Positions 1-9,577 of a stretch of DNA of 64,000 nt are shown one piece after another. Both the position numbers and the translations under genes were made by a program. The stretch's first letter is position 1, and the number at the start of each line of letters is the position of its first letter. This DNA comes from Muribaculaceae bacterium. GTDB lineage: Bacteria; Bacteroidota; Bacteroidia; Bacteroidales; Muribaculaceae. The notes below the pieces were generated by a model, which was not told where the DNA came from, made no database searches, and worked only from the letters and a program-made list of their open reading frames with translations. Location of the stretch: contig JAFZUL010000146.1 in NCBI GenBank assembly GCA_017618355.1, positions 4,704-68,703 of the forward strand, written 5' to 3'.

Positions 1-2327
1 AACGCCGCGCCGTTGGCATTCAGCCCCTCGGCCTGGATAGCGGTGTTGGCGGCAAAGCTGTCGGCAATCGCGCCGGTTGTAAGGTTGTAACGGGTGAGCT
101 GAATATTGGCGCCCTTCACCCACGCGCTAGTGGCGCTCATGGGATAGATGCGAGGCGCGATGCCAAAGGTTGACGCACCGCTGGGATAGAAATTGGCAAT
201 CGAAGTGTGGCTGCTGCTTACTGTAGCGCCGTTTCTCACCTTCCACTGGTAGATGTTAGTGCCGCTGGCGGCTGCCGCCATCACGATGAACTCGGTGTCA
301 TCCACGTTGCCCAGCACGTTGCAGTGGTCGATGCGCGAGGTGTAGTCGCTCAGGCTCACACACGCCTTCTGCGTGACAGCGCCAGTGATGGTATCCACCT
401 TAAATATATAAATGGGTGTGGTCTTGATATTGAGCGACAGGTTGCTCACGAGCACATTGCCGGCGGCATCGGTAAACACGTCATTGACAGGCGCGAAATC
501 TACCTGAGCCTCACTGCCAAGCGACAAAGTCTTCAGTTTCTTGCCGTTGGCCTTGCTGTAAACGTCGAGGTAGATGTCGGCGGTGCTGCTGTTGGCGCTG
601 CGGCGGGTCACATATACATTGTCATTGCCCACTGCCATGCCACGCTGGTACAGACCGTTGTTCTCGAAGGTGATGTTGTCGTATTCCGACTTCACCGATC
701 GAATCCAGTTGCTGGTCAAGGTGTAGCCCTGAGCCTCATCGTAGGTGTCGATGTCAATCAATGGCTCGTAGCCGGTTGCCTCGCCAGTGAAAGCCGCTGG
801 CCACTCGTTGTCGAAGCCATCGACCACACACACGGCATAGTAACAGCCGCTCTGGTAAGCTTCGGGCACAACGTAGTAGTTGTTGTAGCTCACGGCAATG
901 AGATAGTCGCTCTTGATGCCGTCGCCCGAGGCTGTCATCGCCTCTTCCTCGTCAACCGTTGTGGGAATGGCGTAAACCGAATATTTCACAAGAGTGCCTT
1001 CCTGCGCCTCCCACGACAAGCGGTTGCCGGTGAGCTTGAGATTGGCTGGCGCGGCATGAGGGGTAGCCGCTTTCCATGTCACTGCGGGTAGCAGCGCCTT
1101 GTGCTGGAACACGTTGGCGGCGAGGTAGTTGCCAAGGCCGCTCACTCCGCCGTTGTCGCCGTTGATGTTCTTAGCCGAGTAGATGTTCACGCCTGGCGCG
1201 TTGTTCTCGGTGTACTGGCGCGAGAGCCTGATCTGCGCAGCCACCTCGGCCCAGTCGCTCTGTGTGTTAGACGAGGTGAGGAACGAGATGCTGTGGCTGG
1301 CGTAGTGGTGACGGCCAAAATGGTTGGCGACATAGCTCCACCACTGGGTCAATGGCCCGAAGGGGTTGGTCGAGTGGTTGGTCTTCCAGTAAAGCTGGGG
1401 AGAAATATAGTCGATAGTGCCGTCGTCAAGCCATGCCAGCGGGTCGCTGAAGATGCCATTATACTGCCAGTCGCTGCCTGTGGGGCAGGGAGTGACGCCG
1501 TGAGCCGACGCGCCGGTCGATGCTGTTCCCGCCACGCCAGCGGGGCCTATGCCGAAGCGCACTTCGGGCTTGGTCTCCTGAAGCATGTCCCACACCGCCT
1601 GCACCATGCGGTTCACATTGTCGCGGCGCCAGTTGGCGAAGCTCAGCGATGTGCCGCTGCTCTGCCACAGCTGGTAGTCGTCGGCGCTGCTGTTGGTGGG
1701 TATGCCGCTGGGATAGAAGTAGTCGTCAAAAATGATGCCGTCAATATTGTAGTTCTCGGCAAGCTCCCTGCACACGTTCACGATGCGGTCTATAGACTGC
1801 TGCAAACCGGGGTTGAGAATGGTAGTGACGGTGGAGCCGCTTGTGTAGGTGAGCAACATTCCCGCGTTTATCAGCTGCTGGTCTTGGCTAGTGTTCCAAC
1901 CAGCGCTGCTGGTGGCCCAGCGGTAAGGGTTCACCCACGCATGGAGCTCCATGCCGCGCTTGTGGCACTCCTCCACGGCAAACGCCAACGGGTCCCAACC
2001 CGGGTTCACGCCGCGGGTGCCGGTGAGGTAGCTCGACCAGGGCTCATAGCTCGACTGGTAGAACGCGTCGCACATGGAACGCACCTGCAAGCACACGGCA
2101 TTCATGTTCATGGCCTCGAGTTTGTTGAGGTAGTTGACCAGATCCTGCTTTTGTTGAGCTATCGTGCTCGAAGAGGTTCCTGCCACGCTGGGCCAGTCGA
2201 TGCGCCACACCGTAGCCATCCAGGTGGCGCGGTATTCGCGCTTAATCGCCTCCTGCGCTTGGCACCAGTTCCCAAAGCCACTCAAGAGAGAGGCAATCGT
2301 GATTAATGATACGATTATCTTTTTCAT
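1..2327 (-). CDS. GHL10 (YddW/DigH-like) glycosyl hydrolase with C-terminal beta-propeller-like region; 3' end runs off the window
   Basis: Not in the ORF track because there is no stop in the window. Manual translation from ATG at 2327 gives MKKIIVSLITIASLLSGFGNWCQAQEAIKREYRATWMATVWRIDWPS...CLQVRSMCDAFYQSSYEPWS...HAWVNPYR...IIFDDYFYP, a clear paralog of 2459..5851. Confidence 0.9.
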   Translation of the reverse strand, partial: MKKIIVSLITIASLLSGFGNWCQAQEAIKREYRATWMATVWRIDWPSVAGTSSSTIAQQKQDLVNYLNKLEAMNMNAVCLQVRSMCDAFYQSSYEPWSSYLTGTRGVNPGWDPLAFAVEECHKRGMELHAWVNPYRWATSSAGWNTSQDQQLINAGMLLTYTSGSTVTTILNPGLQQSIDRIVNVCRELAENYNIDGIIFDDYFYPSGIPTNSSADDYQLWQSSGTSLSFANWRRDNVNRMVQAVWDMLQETKPEVRFGIGPAGVAGTASTGASAHGVTPCPTGSDWQYNGIFSDPLAWLDDGTIDYISPQLYWKTNHSTNPFGPLTQWWSYVANHFGRHHYASHSISFLTSSNTQSDWAEVAAQIRLSRQYTENNAPGVNIYSAKNINGDNGGVSGLGNYLAANVFQHKALLPAVTWKAATPHAAPANLKLTGNRLSWEAQEGTLVKYSVYAIPTTVDEEEAMTASGDGIKSDYLIAVSYNNYYVVPEAYQSGCYYAVCVVDGFDNEWPAAFTGEATGYEPLIDIDTYDEAQGYTLTSNWIRSVKSEYDNITFENNGLYQRGMAVGNDNVYVTRRSANSSTADIYLDVYSKANGKKLKTLSLGSEAQVDFAPVNDVFTDAAGNVLVSNLSLNIKTTPIYIFKVDTITGAVTQKACVSLSDYTSRIDHCNVLGNVDDTEFIVMAAAASGTNIYQWKVRNGATVSSSHTSIANFYPSGASTFGIAPRIYPMSATSAWVKGANIQLTRYNLTTGAIADSFAANTAIQAEGLNANGAA

Positions 2328-2382
2328 TGTTTAGTGTTGGTGCTTCGCACCGATTAGTGAATTAATGATTAAGGTTTTTTTT

Positions 2383-2427
2383 GCTAGATTGACTAGAAGT
2401 TCTAGATTGGCTAGATTGGCTAGATTT
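2383..2427. repeat. Imperfect 9-mer tandem array (CTAGATTGG-like)
   Basis: gctagattgactagaagttctagattggctagattggctagatt. Confidence 0.75.
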
Positions 2428-2458
2428 TCAAGAACTTCCAGAAGCCCCTAGCGAAAAA

Positions 2459-5400
2459 CTACTTTCTACTCAACAGAATGTTATAAATCGCGGTGATGTC
2501 GGCAGCGGTAATTTCGCCGTCGCCATTCTGGTCGCCATTGACAACATGTGAGTAGTCGTCGTTGAGCAGCACGTTATAGAGAGCAGTGACATCGGCTGCA
2601 GTCACATTGCCGTCACCGTTCACGTCGCCTGGCATAGCCTGGGCTACTGTCAAAGTATATTTGGCGATGCCGTTGCCAGGAACATACAAATAGATAAGAA
2701 TCTCGTTGCTCTTGTCGCCCGGCACTGCGAGGCAGGGAGTGCTCATGGTGGTGCTGTTCACCACGCCCATGCCGTTCTCGGGCAGGGTCCACAGCACATT
2801 CATGCCAGCGAAATTGTCGCCGTCGGCGTTCATCGCCAAGCGGTAATTGTGCCCTTGGGCGGTCTGATAGTCGCCACTGGAATAGAGCAGGAAATGCTTG
2901 CCGCACAACTCAAAGGCGTCAATGCCATCACTGTTAGTGCCCTGTTTCATGAGCGCGCTATTGCCGTCAAAACTGTCGATAATAGCTCCAGTCTCAATGC
3001 TATATTTGGTGGGCTGAATGTTAGAGCCATGCACTATCACTTTGTCAGAATCTAACGCCTTGATGCGTGGTGAAGTGCCGAAATTGGCGGCACTGCCGGG
3101 ATAAAACGTCGCTACAGTAGTCACCTTGGTATCGGTGACGGTGCCGTTATGCAAGGTCCAGCGGATAATCACATTGTTGCGCGAAAGAGCGGCAAACACC
3201 TCGAAGTTTCCTGCCACCACGTCGCCACGCACGTCGATATGGTCAATGCGGCCCGACGCCTCGCTGGTCGAGAGTGTGGCGCGGAGTGTAACCGCACCAT
3301 CGCTGGGGTTCACGCTGTAAATCACAAGCGGAGTATTGTTGATTTTGAGCAACATGTTGCTGATGAGCAGATTGCCCGCGTCATCAACCAGCACGTTGTT
3401 GCAGGGAAAATAGTCGCCCTTAACCTCGGCAGGCAATTCGATGTCGCGTTGCCATTCTCCTGTCTTAGTGCTGTAGGCACGCAGGTAGCAGTCGGCGTCA
3501 GAGCTGTTGGCCGAACGCCCAGCCAAGTACAGGAGGTCGCCAAGCACCGTAAATGAGCGGTTGAACGAGCCATAATTCTCCTGCTCGAAGTTGCCGTAGT
3601 TGTTCTTCACCGAGCGTATCCAATTATTCGTAATCGACACACCGTCGATGGGAGCGTAGGTGTCGTTGTCCACATCTACCTTCTGGACATAGCCAGTCTC
3701 GGTGCTGCCAGTGGTAATGTTGGTGATGGTGAACGAGCGAGTCTCGCTAACGTTGGGGTCGCAGCCAGCTTTGGTAGTGCTCACGCGCCAGTAGTAAGTG
3801 CCTAAGCCAATGAGCGATATCACGCACTGGCTGGTAAGGTTTCCGTTCTCGCTCTGGAGATAGTTGACGGTCTTGACAATGTTGGTGAATGCCGCATCGC
3901 GGGCCACCTCAAGCTTGTAGGTATCGGCACCCACGTCGGTGATGACAAACTTGAAGTTGTCTTCAATCTCGGCGCCGTTTTCGGGATAGAGCAGCGTGGG
4001 CTGCGGAGCAAGGTCGCGCTGAATGGTCATGAACGACGCCACGTCGCTGAGCTTGTCGAACTTGCCAGTCTCGACCGTTGTCACACGCCAGTAGTAGCGG
4101 GTGGCCGAGGCGAGGCTGCTGAGGTCGAGCGTAATATGATTCTCGCTAATACCGCGCTCGGTGATTAGCACGTTGTTGAAATTCTCATCGCTGGCGACCT
4201 CTATCCTGAAGGTGGCGCCTTCGACAGCACTCCACGAGAACTCCTGAGACCACTCTGCCAGGGCATCGCCAACGGGAGCGATAAGCGTCACCTGCTGGGC
4301 CTCGCCAGCGGGTGCGTTGAGGTAGGCGGGAGTGTATTCGAAGTTATAGCCATCAACACTCGACACGGCAAACCAGTAACCTGTCAAATACTCACTGGCA
4401 AGGGTCACACTGGTGTTGTAGGTCACAGCCATCAGATAGTCGCTCTTGATGCCCTCGAACTGCTCGCTGGTGATGGTGCTCACGTCAACGCTGGTGGGAA
4501 TGGCGTAAACGGCATATTTCACCAGTTCGCCATCAACGAAATCCCACGACAGGGTGTTTCCGTTCAAAGCAAGGTTCTCGGGCGTGTCGAGGTTGTCTTT
4601 GGGTTTCCATTCGAGTGCTGGCGGCAGAGCCTTCTTCGGGAAGATGGTCTGCACCAAATAGTTACCGAGTCCTGTCATGCGCGGACCGTTGATGTAGCGC
4701 GACGAGTAGAAGTTCACGCCTGGCGCGTTGTTCTCGGTGTATTGACGGCTGAGCTGCACCTGAGCCACAATCTCCTGCCAACTGGCGGTGGTGTTGCCGT
4801 CGTTGTCCATGAAGTAGATGTTCTGGCTGGCGTAATGGTGACGCCCGAAGTGCTTGGCGATGTAGCTCCACCACTGGGTCAAGGGCCCGAAGGGGTTGGT
4901 CGTGTGGTTACGCTTCCAGTAGAGCTGTGGCGAGATGTAGTCGATGGTGCCTTCCTCGAGCCATGCCAACGGGTCGCTGAAGAGCGACGAGTACTGCCAG
5001 TCACTACCAGTGGGGCAAGGTGTCACGCCATGCTGCGACGCGCTGGTCGAGGCCGTTCCTGCCACACCTGCGGGGCCTATCGCAAAACGTACCTGAGGCT
5101 TAGTCATCTGAACCATATTAAACACGTCGGCAACCATCTGATTGACTTGAGCGCGGCGCCAGTTGGCAAAGCTCAGCGTGGTGCCGCTGTTGCGCCACAG
5201 CTGGTAGTCGCCAGCGCTGCTGTTGGTGGGTATGCCACTGGGATAGAAGTAGTCGTCGAAGATGATTCCGTCGATGTCGTAGTTCTCTATCATCTCGCGG
5301 CACACGTTCACTATGCGCTCTCGCGACTCCGGCAAGCCGGGGTTGAGCACCGTGGTGGTGGTTCCCGAACTGTTGGTGTAGGTGAGCAATATGCCCGAGT

Positions 5401-5851
5401 CACGCAACGCCTGATCCTGAGGGGTGTTCCATGTGTTTGGCCCGCCGTTGGCATAGCGGTAGGGGTTAACCCAGGCATGGCACTCGATGCCGCGCTTGTG
5501 GCACTCCTCCACGGCAAACGCCAATGGGTCCCAGCCAGGGTTAGTGCCGCGGCTGCCTGTAAGATAGCTCGACCAGGGCTCGTAGCTCGACTGATACATG
5601 GCGTCGCACATCGACCGCACCTGTATGCACACTGCATTCATGTTGGTGTTGGCGAAACCGTTGAGATAGTCTATCAGACCCTGTTTTTGGCGTGCTATCA
5701 CGCTTGCGTCAGTGCCTCGCTCGCTGGGCCAGTCGATGTTGGAAACGGTGGCGAGCCACGCGGCACGCATCTCTCGCTTCTGCTCCTCGGCCCTCAAGGC
5801 AGGAAACACCAGCGCAAGCATCATAATGAGAATTGTCAGTTTTTTTGCCAT
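2459..5851 (-). CDS. Secreted GHL10 glycosyl hydrolase + Fn3-like domains + beta-propeller-like region + C-terminal dockerin
   Basis: Signal peptide; REMRAAW, HAWVNPY, DGIIFDDYFYP and IDYISPQLYW motifs; YYWRV Fn3-like units; duplicated GDVNGDG/GDQNGDG dockerin at 2462-2629. Confidence 0.88.
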   Translation of the reverse strand: MAKKLTILIMMLALVFPALRAEEQKREMRAAWLATVSNIDWPSERGTDASVIARQKQGLIDYLNGFANTNMNAVCIQVRSMCDAMYQSSYEPWSSYLTGSRGTNPGWDPLAFAVEECHKRGIECHAWVNPYRYANGGPNTWNTPQDQALRDSGILLTYTNSSGTTTTVLNPGLPESRERIVNVCREMIENYDIDGIIFDDYFYPSGIPTNSSAGDYQLWRNSGTTLSFANWRRAQVNQMVADVFNMVQMTKPQVRFAIGPAGVAGTASTSASQHGVTPCPTGSDWQYSSLFSDPLAWLEEGTIDYISPQLYWKRNHTTNPFGPLTQWWSYIAKHFGRHHYASQNIYFMDNDGNTTASWQEIVAQVQLSRQYTENNAPGVNFYSSRYINGPRMTGLGNYLVQTIFPKKALPPALEWKPKDNLDTPENLALNGNTLSWDFVDGELVKYAVYAIPTSVDVSTITSEQFEGIKSDYLMAVTYNTSVTLASEYLTGYWFAVSSVDGYNFEYTPAYLNAPAGEAQQVTLIAPVGDALAEWSQEFSWSAVEGATFRIEVASDENFNNVLITERGISENHITLDLSSLASATRYYWRVTTVETGKFDKLSDVASFMTIQRDLAPQPTLLYPENGAEIEDNFKFVITDVGADTYKLEVARDAAFTNIVKTVNYLQSENGNLTSQCVISLIGLGTYYWRVSTTKAGCDPNVSETRSFTITNITTGSTETGYVQKVDVDNDTYAPIDGVSITNNWIRSVKNNYGNFEQENYGSFNRSFTVLGDLLYLAGRSANSSDADCYLRAYSTKTGEWQRDIELPAEVKGDYFPCNNVLVDDAGNLLISNMLLKINNTPLVIYSVNPSDGAVTLRATLSTSEASGRIDHIDVRGDVVAGNFEVFAALSRNNVIIRWTLHNGTVTDTKVTTVATFYPGSAANFGTSPRIKALDSDKVIVHGSNIQPTKYSIETGAIIDSFDGNSALMKQGTNSDGIDAFELCGKHFLLYSSGDYQTAQGHNYRLAMNADGDNFAGMNVLWTLPENGMGVVNSTTMSTPCLAVPGDKSNEILIYLYVPGNGIAKYTLTVAQAMPGDVNGDGNVTAADVTALYNVLLNDDYSHVVNGDQNGDGEITAADITAIYNILLSRK

Positions 5852-5890
5852 CTTTTATAGTAGTTTTTGATTAATATTCTTATCACCCCA

Positions 5891-5898
5891 CAAAGGTA
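5891..5898 (-). promoter_or_regulatory. Bacteroidota -7 promoter element for the GHL10 pair
   Basis: TACCTTTG on the minus strand (TAnnTTTG consensus), about 40 nt upstream of the start. Confidence 0.6.
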
Positions 5899-6014
5899 AA
5901 ACAATAATTCCAAAATTTATGTTCTTAATCATTAAAAAAGATTAATGACAACAAAAATACCTCTCAATTAGAAACAATTAGATAAAAATATGAGCAATTA
6001 CTCAAATCAGTTCC

Positions 6015-6092
6015 TGGCAAAATATATAGGGATAAATTGCCACGAAGGCCTATTTTTATGCTTCGTGGCAGATTATGGGCTATATTTTGCCA
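6015..6092. repeat. 78-bp imperfect palindrome in the divergent promoter region
   Basis: TGGCAAAATATA (6015-6026)/TATATTTTGCCA (6081-6092) and TGCCACGAAG (6038-6047)/CTTCGTGGCA (6061-6070) are exact inverted pairs. Confidence 0.8.
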
Positions 6093-6237
6093 CAATGTGC
6101 CACAATGCGGTTTCATTGATTCATATAAGGCATTTGCATAAAAATGCTGACAAAAAACAATCACATATCATTTTAATATTTGCACAGTTAATATAAATTC
6201 CTTACTTTTGCACAATAAAACCAATAACGACGACAAT

Positions 6238-7734
6238 ATGAAAAAGACATTTTTTGCCGCACTGCTCATTGTGGCAGCAACGATAGGATATAACGCCAGT
6301 GCGATTAATGGCGACGTGAATGGTGATGGAGTGGTGACTGCCGCCGACGTGACGGCACTCTATAACTACCTCCTCAACGACGACACCAGCGACCTCGTCA
6401 ATGGCGATCAGAACGGCGATGGCGAAATCACCGCTGCCGACGTGACGGCTGTATATAACATTCTGCTCAATGGCGACCCCGACCCAGGGCTGCCCGATTT
6501 CACCATCAACGTGGTGTATAACGGCAACGAGGCGACTGTCACCGTAGCCAAGAACATACAGAGCCAGATGACAGTGGCGGTAAACGGCGCGCATGTCAAT
6601 ATCGTGGCCGATCCAGCTCTGCAAGACTCGTTAATCTACAACCTTAGCGGTTCAACCACCAACGGCTCATTCTATATGAATGGCGACTATAAGTGCTTTG
6701 TGAACCTCACTGACCTAAGCATACACAACCCCGACAGCGCAGCCATCAACATCGACAACGGTAAGCGCATAGACGTCACAATCAACGGCAACAACACACT
6801 CACCGATGCCACAGGCGGAGCGCAGAAGGCTTGCTTCTTCATCAACGGCCATGCCGTGATAGCAGGTTCGGGAACACTCACAATCACAGGCAACAGCAAG
6901 CACGCCTACTTCAGCGATGAATACACGCGCATCACTAGCGGCACCATCAACGTGACCAACTCGGTGAGCGACGGCTTCCATATCAACCAGTATTTCCAGA
7001 TGGATAACGGCACCGTGACCATCAACACTACCGGAGGCGACGGCGTTGACGTGGGGTGCACCAAAGACCCCACCGACACTAAGAACGGCGAGTTCATCAT
7101 GAACAACGGCACGCTCAACGTCACCACTACCGCCAATACCGTCAAGGCCATCAAGTGCGAGTCAATAATGACCATCGCTGGCGGCTCAATCACCGCAAGT
7201 ACTAGCGGAAACGCCGTTTATGACGCGACAGCAGACGACGTGAGCAGCTGTGCGGCAATCAAGTGCGACAGCACCTTCAATATGACTGCCGGCACCATTT
7301 ACCTCACCAGCACTGGTTTGGGCGGAAAGGGTCTGAACTCCGACGGCAGCGTGAACATCAGCGGTGGCACATTCACAGCCGTCACCACTGGCGACGTGTA
7401 TGAGTACTCCTCTACCCACGACACTAAAGCTGGCGGTGTCAAGGCCGACGGCGCCATCACCATCAGCGGCGGCACTGTGCGTGTGGCAGCAAGCAAATAC
7501 GATGCCCGAGCCTTCAACGGCGAGTGCGGATTCTTCACCAACGGCGGATACATCCTCGGCATTGGTGGCAAGTCTTCGACAGTGAGCCCGGGCTACACCC
7601 AGAAGTACAGGTACCTGCGCAACCAAGTTGTCACCGCCGGCAGCACCTACACCTGTGAGGGCATCTCATTCGAAATACCATCGATCTACAACAATGCCGC
7701 AGCACTGGTGGTGGTTTCTACCCCTAATATGTAA
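6238..7734 (+). CDS. N-terminal dockerin + DUF4353 (Cthe_2159-like) beta-helix carbohydrate-binding protein
   Basis: Signal peptide MKKTFF; dockerin at about 6310-6474; repeated 'GGTI.I.T....DGI' beta-helix motifs; TACTTTTG -7 box at 6203-6210. Confidence 0.85.
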   Translation: MKKTFFAALLIVAATIGYNASAINGDVNGDGVVTAADVTALYNYLLNDDTSDLVNGDQNGDGEITAADVTAVYNILLNGDPDPGLPDFTINVVYNGNEATVTVAKNIQSQMTVAVNGAHVNIVADPALQDSLIYNLSGSTTNGSFYMNGDYKCFVNLTDLSIHNPDSAAINIDNGKRIDVTINGNNTLTDATGGAQKACFFINGHAVIAGSGTLTITGNSKHAYFSDEYTRITSGTINVTNSVSDGFHINQYFQMDNGTVTINTTGGDGVDVGCTKDPTDTKNGEFIMNNGTLNVTTTANTVKAIKCESIMTIAGGSITASTSGNAVYDATADDVSSCAAIKCDSTFNMTAGTIYLTSTGLGGKGLNSDGSVNISGGTFTAVTTGDVYEYSSTHDTKAGGVKADGAITISGGTVRVAASKYDARAFNGECGFFTNGGYILGIGGKSSTVSPGYTQKYRYLRNQVVTAGSTYTCEGISFEIPSIYNNAAALVVVSTPNM

Positions 7735-7739
7735 TCGCG

Positions 7740-8513
7740 ATGACCAATTTACCAGCATTAGCTGTTGATATTGATAGGGATAAACTTTTTTATCTCATTT
7801 ATGCTCATGGCGTTAAGCCAACGATGGCGACCATTGAGCTCAACAAGAGTGACGACCTCAAGCAGGCTATAGAAAACGCTGTCTATGACACGCCACTGCT
7901 GCTTGAGGAATACAGCCACACCACCATTGCGTTGCACTCGCAGCACTTTGTGGTGATGCCGGCGGAACTCACGCCTTCGGCAAAACAAGTTTTTCAAGCG
8001 TCATTCTCAAGTCTTGAAGGCGAGTTGATGACATGCCCGGTCAAGAACACCGATGCCACTATCGCCTGCGACGTGCCACAGGGAGTGACGGCGTTCCTCA
8101 GCCGCACCTTCGGCAACCCCGAGCTGCTGCACCACCTCGCGCCGCTCATCGCCTACTGCGCCGAGGCCTATGCCGACGAGAACGGCTGCCTGCACATCAA
8201 CATAAACGACCATGAGGCTCACCTCGTGGCGACGCTGGGCGGCAAGCTCCAAATCGCCAACACCTACCCCTATCGCTCGCTCAACGACGTCATCTACTTC
8301 GCTCTCGCAGCGTTTAAGGAATGCCGTTTCGACAACCGAGCCGATAAGATTCTGCTCACGGGCGACAACGATTTGCTTTCACAGCTTGCCGAACAGCTGC
8401 GCCAGCGCATCGCCTACGTCATGCCCGAAGTATTCCCCGCCCAGGCCCTCACCACCCTAGGCAACGAGGCTATCACCTACCCATTCAACCTAATTACAAC
8501 AGCACTGTATTAG
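7740..8513 (+). CDS. DUF3822 family protein
   Basis: Size, motifs (HFVVMP, LQIANTY, DVIYF) and the usual position upstream of rsmD in Bacteroidales. Confidence 0.75.
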   Translation: MTNLPALAVDIDRDKLFYLIYAHGVKPTMATIELNKSDDLKQAIENAVYDTPLLLEEYSHTTIALHSQHFVVMPAELTPSAKQVFQASFSSLEGELMTCPVKNTDATIACDVPQGVTAFLSRTFGNPELLHHLAPLIAYCAEAYADENGCLHININDHEAHLVATLGGKLQIANTYPYRSLNDVIYFALAAFKECRFDNRADKILLTGDNDLLSQLAEQLRQRIAYVMPEVFPAQALTTLGNEAITYPFNLITTALY

Positions 8514-8629
8514 TGGAGAGGAGAGAGTGGAGAGTGAAGAGTGCCTAGAGAATTTAGATTATCTAGAACTTTTAGATTCTACTCTCAACGATAAACGAAG
8601 AACGATAAACGAAGAACGATAAACGAACG
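8514..8629. repeat. Composite 7-mer/9-mer oligomer arrays
   Basis: GTGGAGA-like units, then CTAGA/TTAGA 9-mers, then AACGATA/AACGAAG heptamers. Confidence 0.75.
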
Positions 8630-9163
8630 ATGAGAATCATCAGCGGAAAATATGGCAGGCGGCGTTTTGACGTGCCAACCAACATCACTGCGCGACCAAC
8701 TACCGACATGGCGCGCGAGAACCTCTTCAACGTGCTCAATAACCTCGTGGATTTCGACGGCATGACAGCCCTTGACCTCTTCTCGGGCACTGGCGCCATA
8801 AGCTTCGAACTCCTCTCGCGTGGTTGTGCCAGCGTGACGAGTGTGGAGAAAGCCTCCACGCAGTACAATTTCATACGCAAGGTCAAACAGATACTCAAAG
8901 AGGAGAACCTAGTGCAGGTGAAGGGCGACGTGTTCAAGTTCATCGCCTCATGCTCTCGCAAGTTCGACCTCATCTTCGCCGACCCACCTTACGACCTGCC
9001 ACAACTCCCCCAACTGCCCGAACTCATCCTCAACAGCCAGATGGTGCAACCCGGCACCCTCGTCATCGTCGAGCACTCCAAAGCCAACGACTTCAGCCAC
9101 CTCCCCCACTTCACCCAACAACGCGTCTATGGCAAAGTGCATTTCTCATTTTTCCAAGTGTAA
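8630..9163 (+). CDS. rsmD: 16S rRNA m2G966 methyltransferase RsmD family
   Basis: MRIISG, RPTTD, LDLFSGTG and DPPY motifs. Confidence 0.92.
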   Translation: MRIISGKYGRRRFDVPTNITARPTTDMARENLFNVLNNLVDFDGMTALDLFSGTGAISFELLSRGCASVTSVEKASTQYNFIRKVKQILKEENLVQVKGDVFKFIASCSRKFDLIFADPPYDLPQLPQLPELILNSQMVQPGTLVIVEHSKANDFSHLPHFTQQRVYGKVHFSFFQV

Positions 9164-9577
9164 ACTCCACCACCCCACTCTGTTATAGACAAACAACTTA
9201 AAACAACACACCAACAACTCACACAGCAATTCTCGCCTCACGCAGCAAAGGTTGCCTAGAAAAACAGCTCTCTGTTTTTCTGTCATTTTTTATGTTCTTC
9301 TGTCTCAAAAAGTTTATGACTGAAGAGCAGAAATTAACGTCCTGAATCACCCCAAAAATATCCAAAAACTCAGTTACTCCTTATTTTATATATAAAATAT
9401 TTGGCTGTTCAAAAAATTGACATTATATTTGCAGGTTGTAAAAGATTAATATAACATCATTATTCACAACAAATTAACAATTATGCACTTTTGAGAATAA
9501 GCAAAAACCTATTCAAAAAGAAAAAAGACATTTTAAAAACAATTAATTTATAACTAATTCATCATTACTAAATCATT

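Noticed and set aside
207-5860. Long + strand ORFs 207..1091, 1101..2306 and 4742..5860
   Set aside because: Antisense shadows of the GC3-rich GHL10 genes, with no motifs; the real left gene is on the minus strand.
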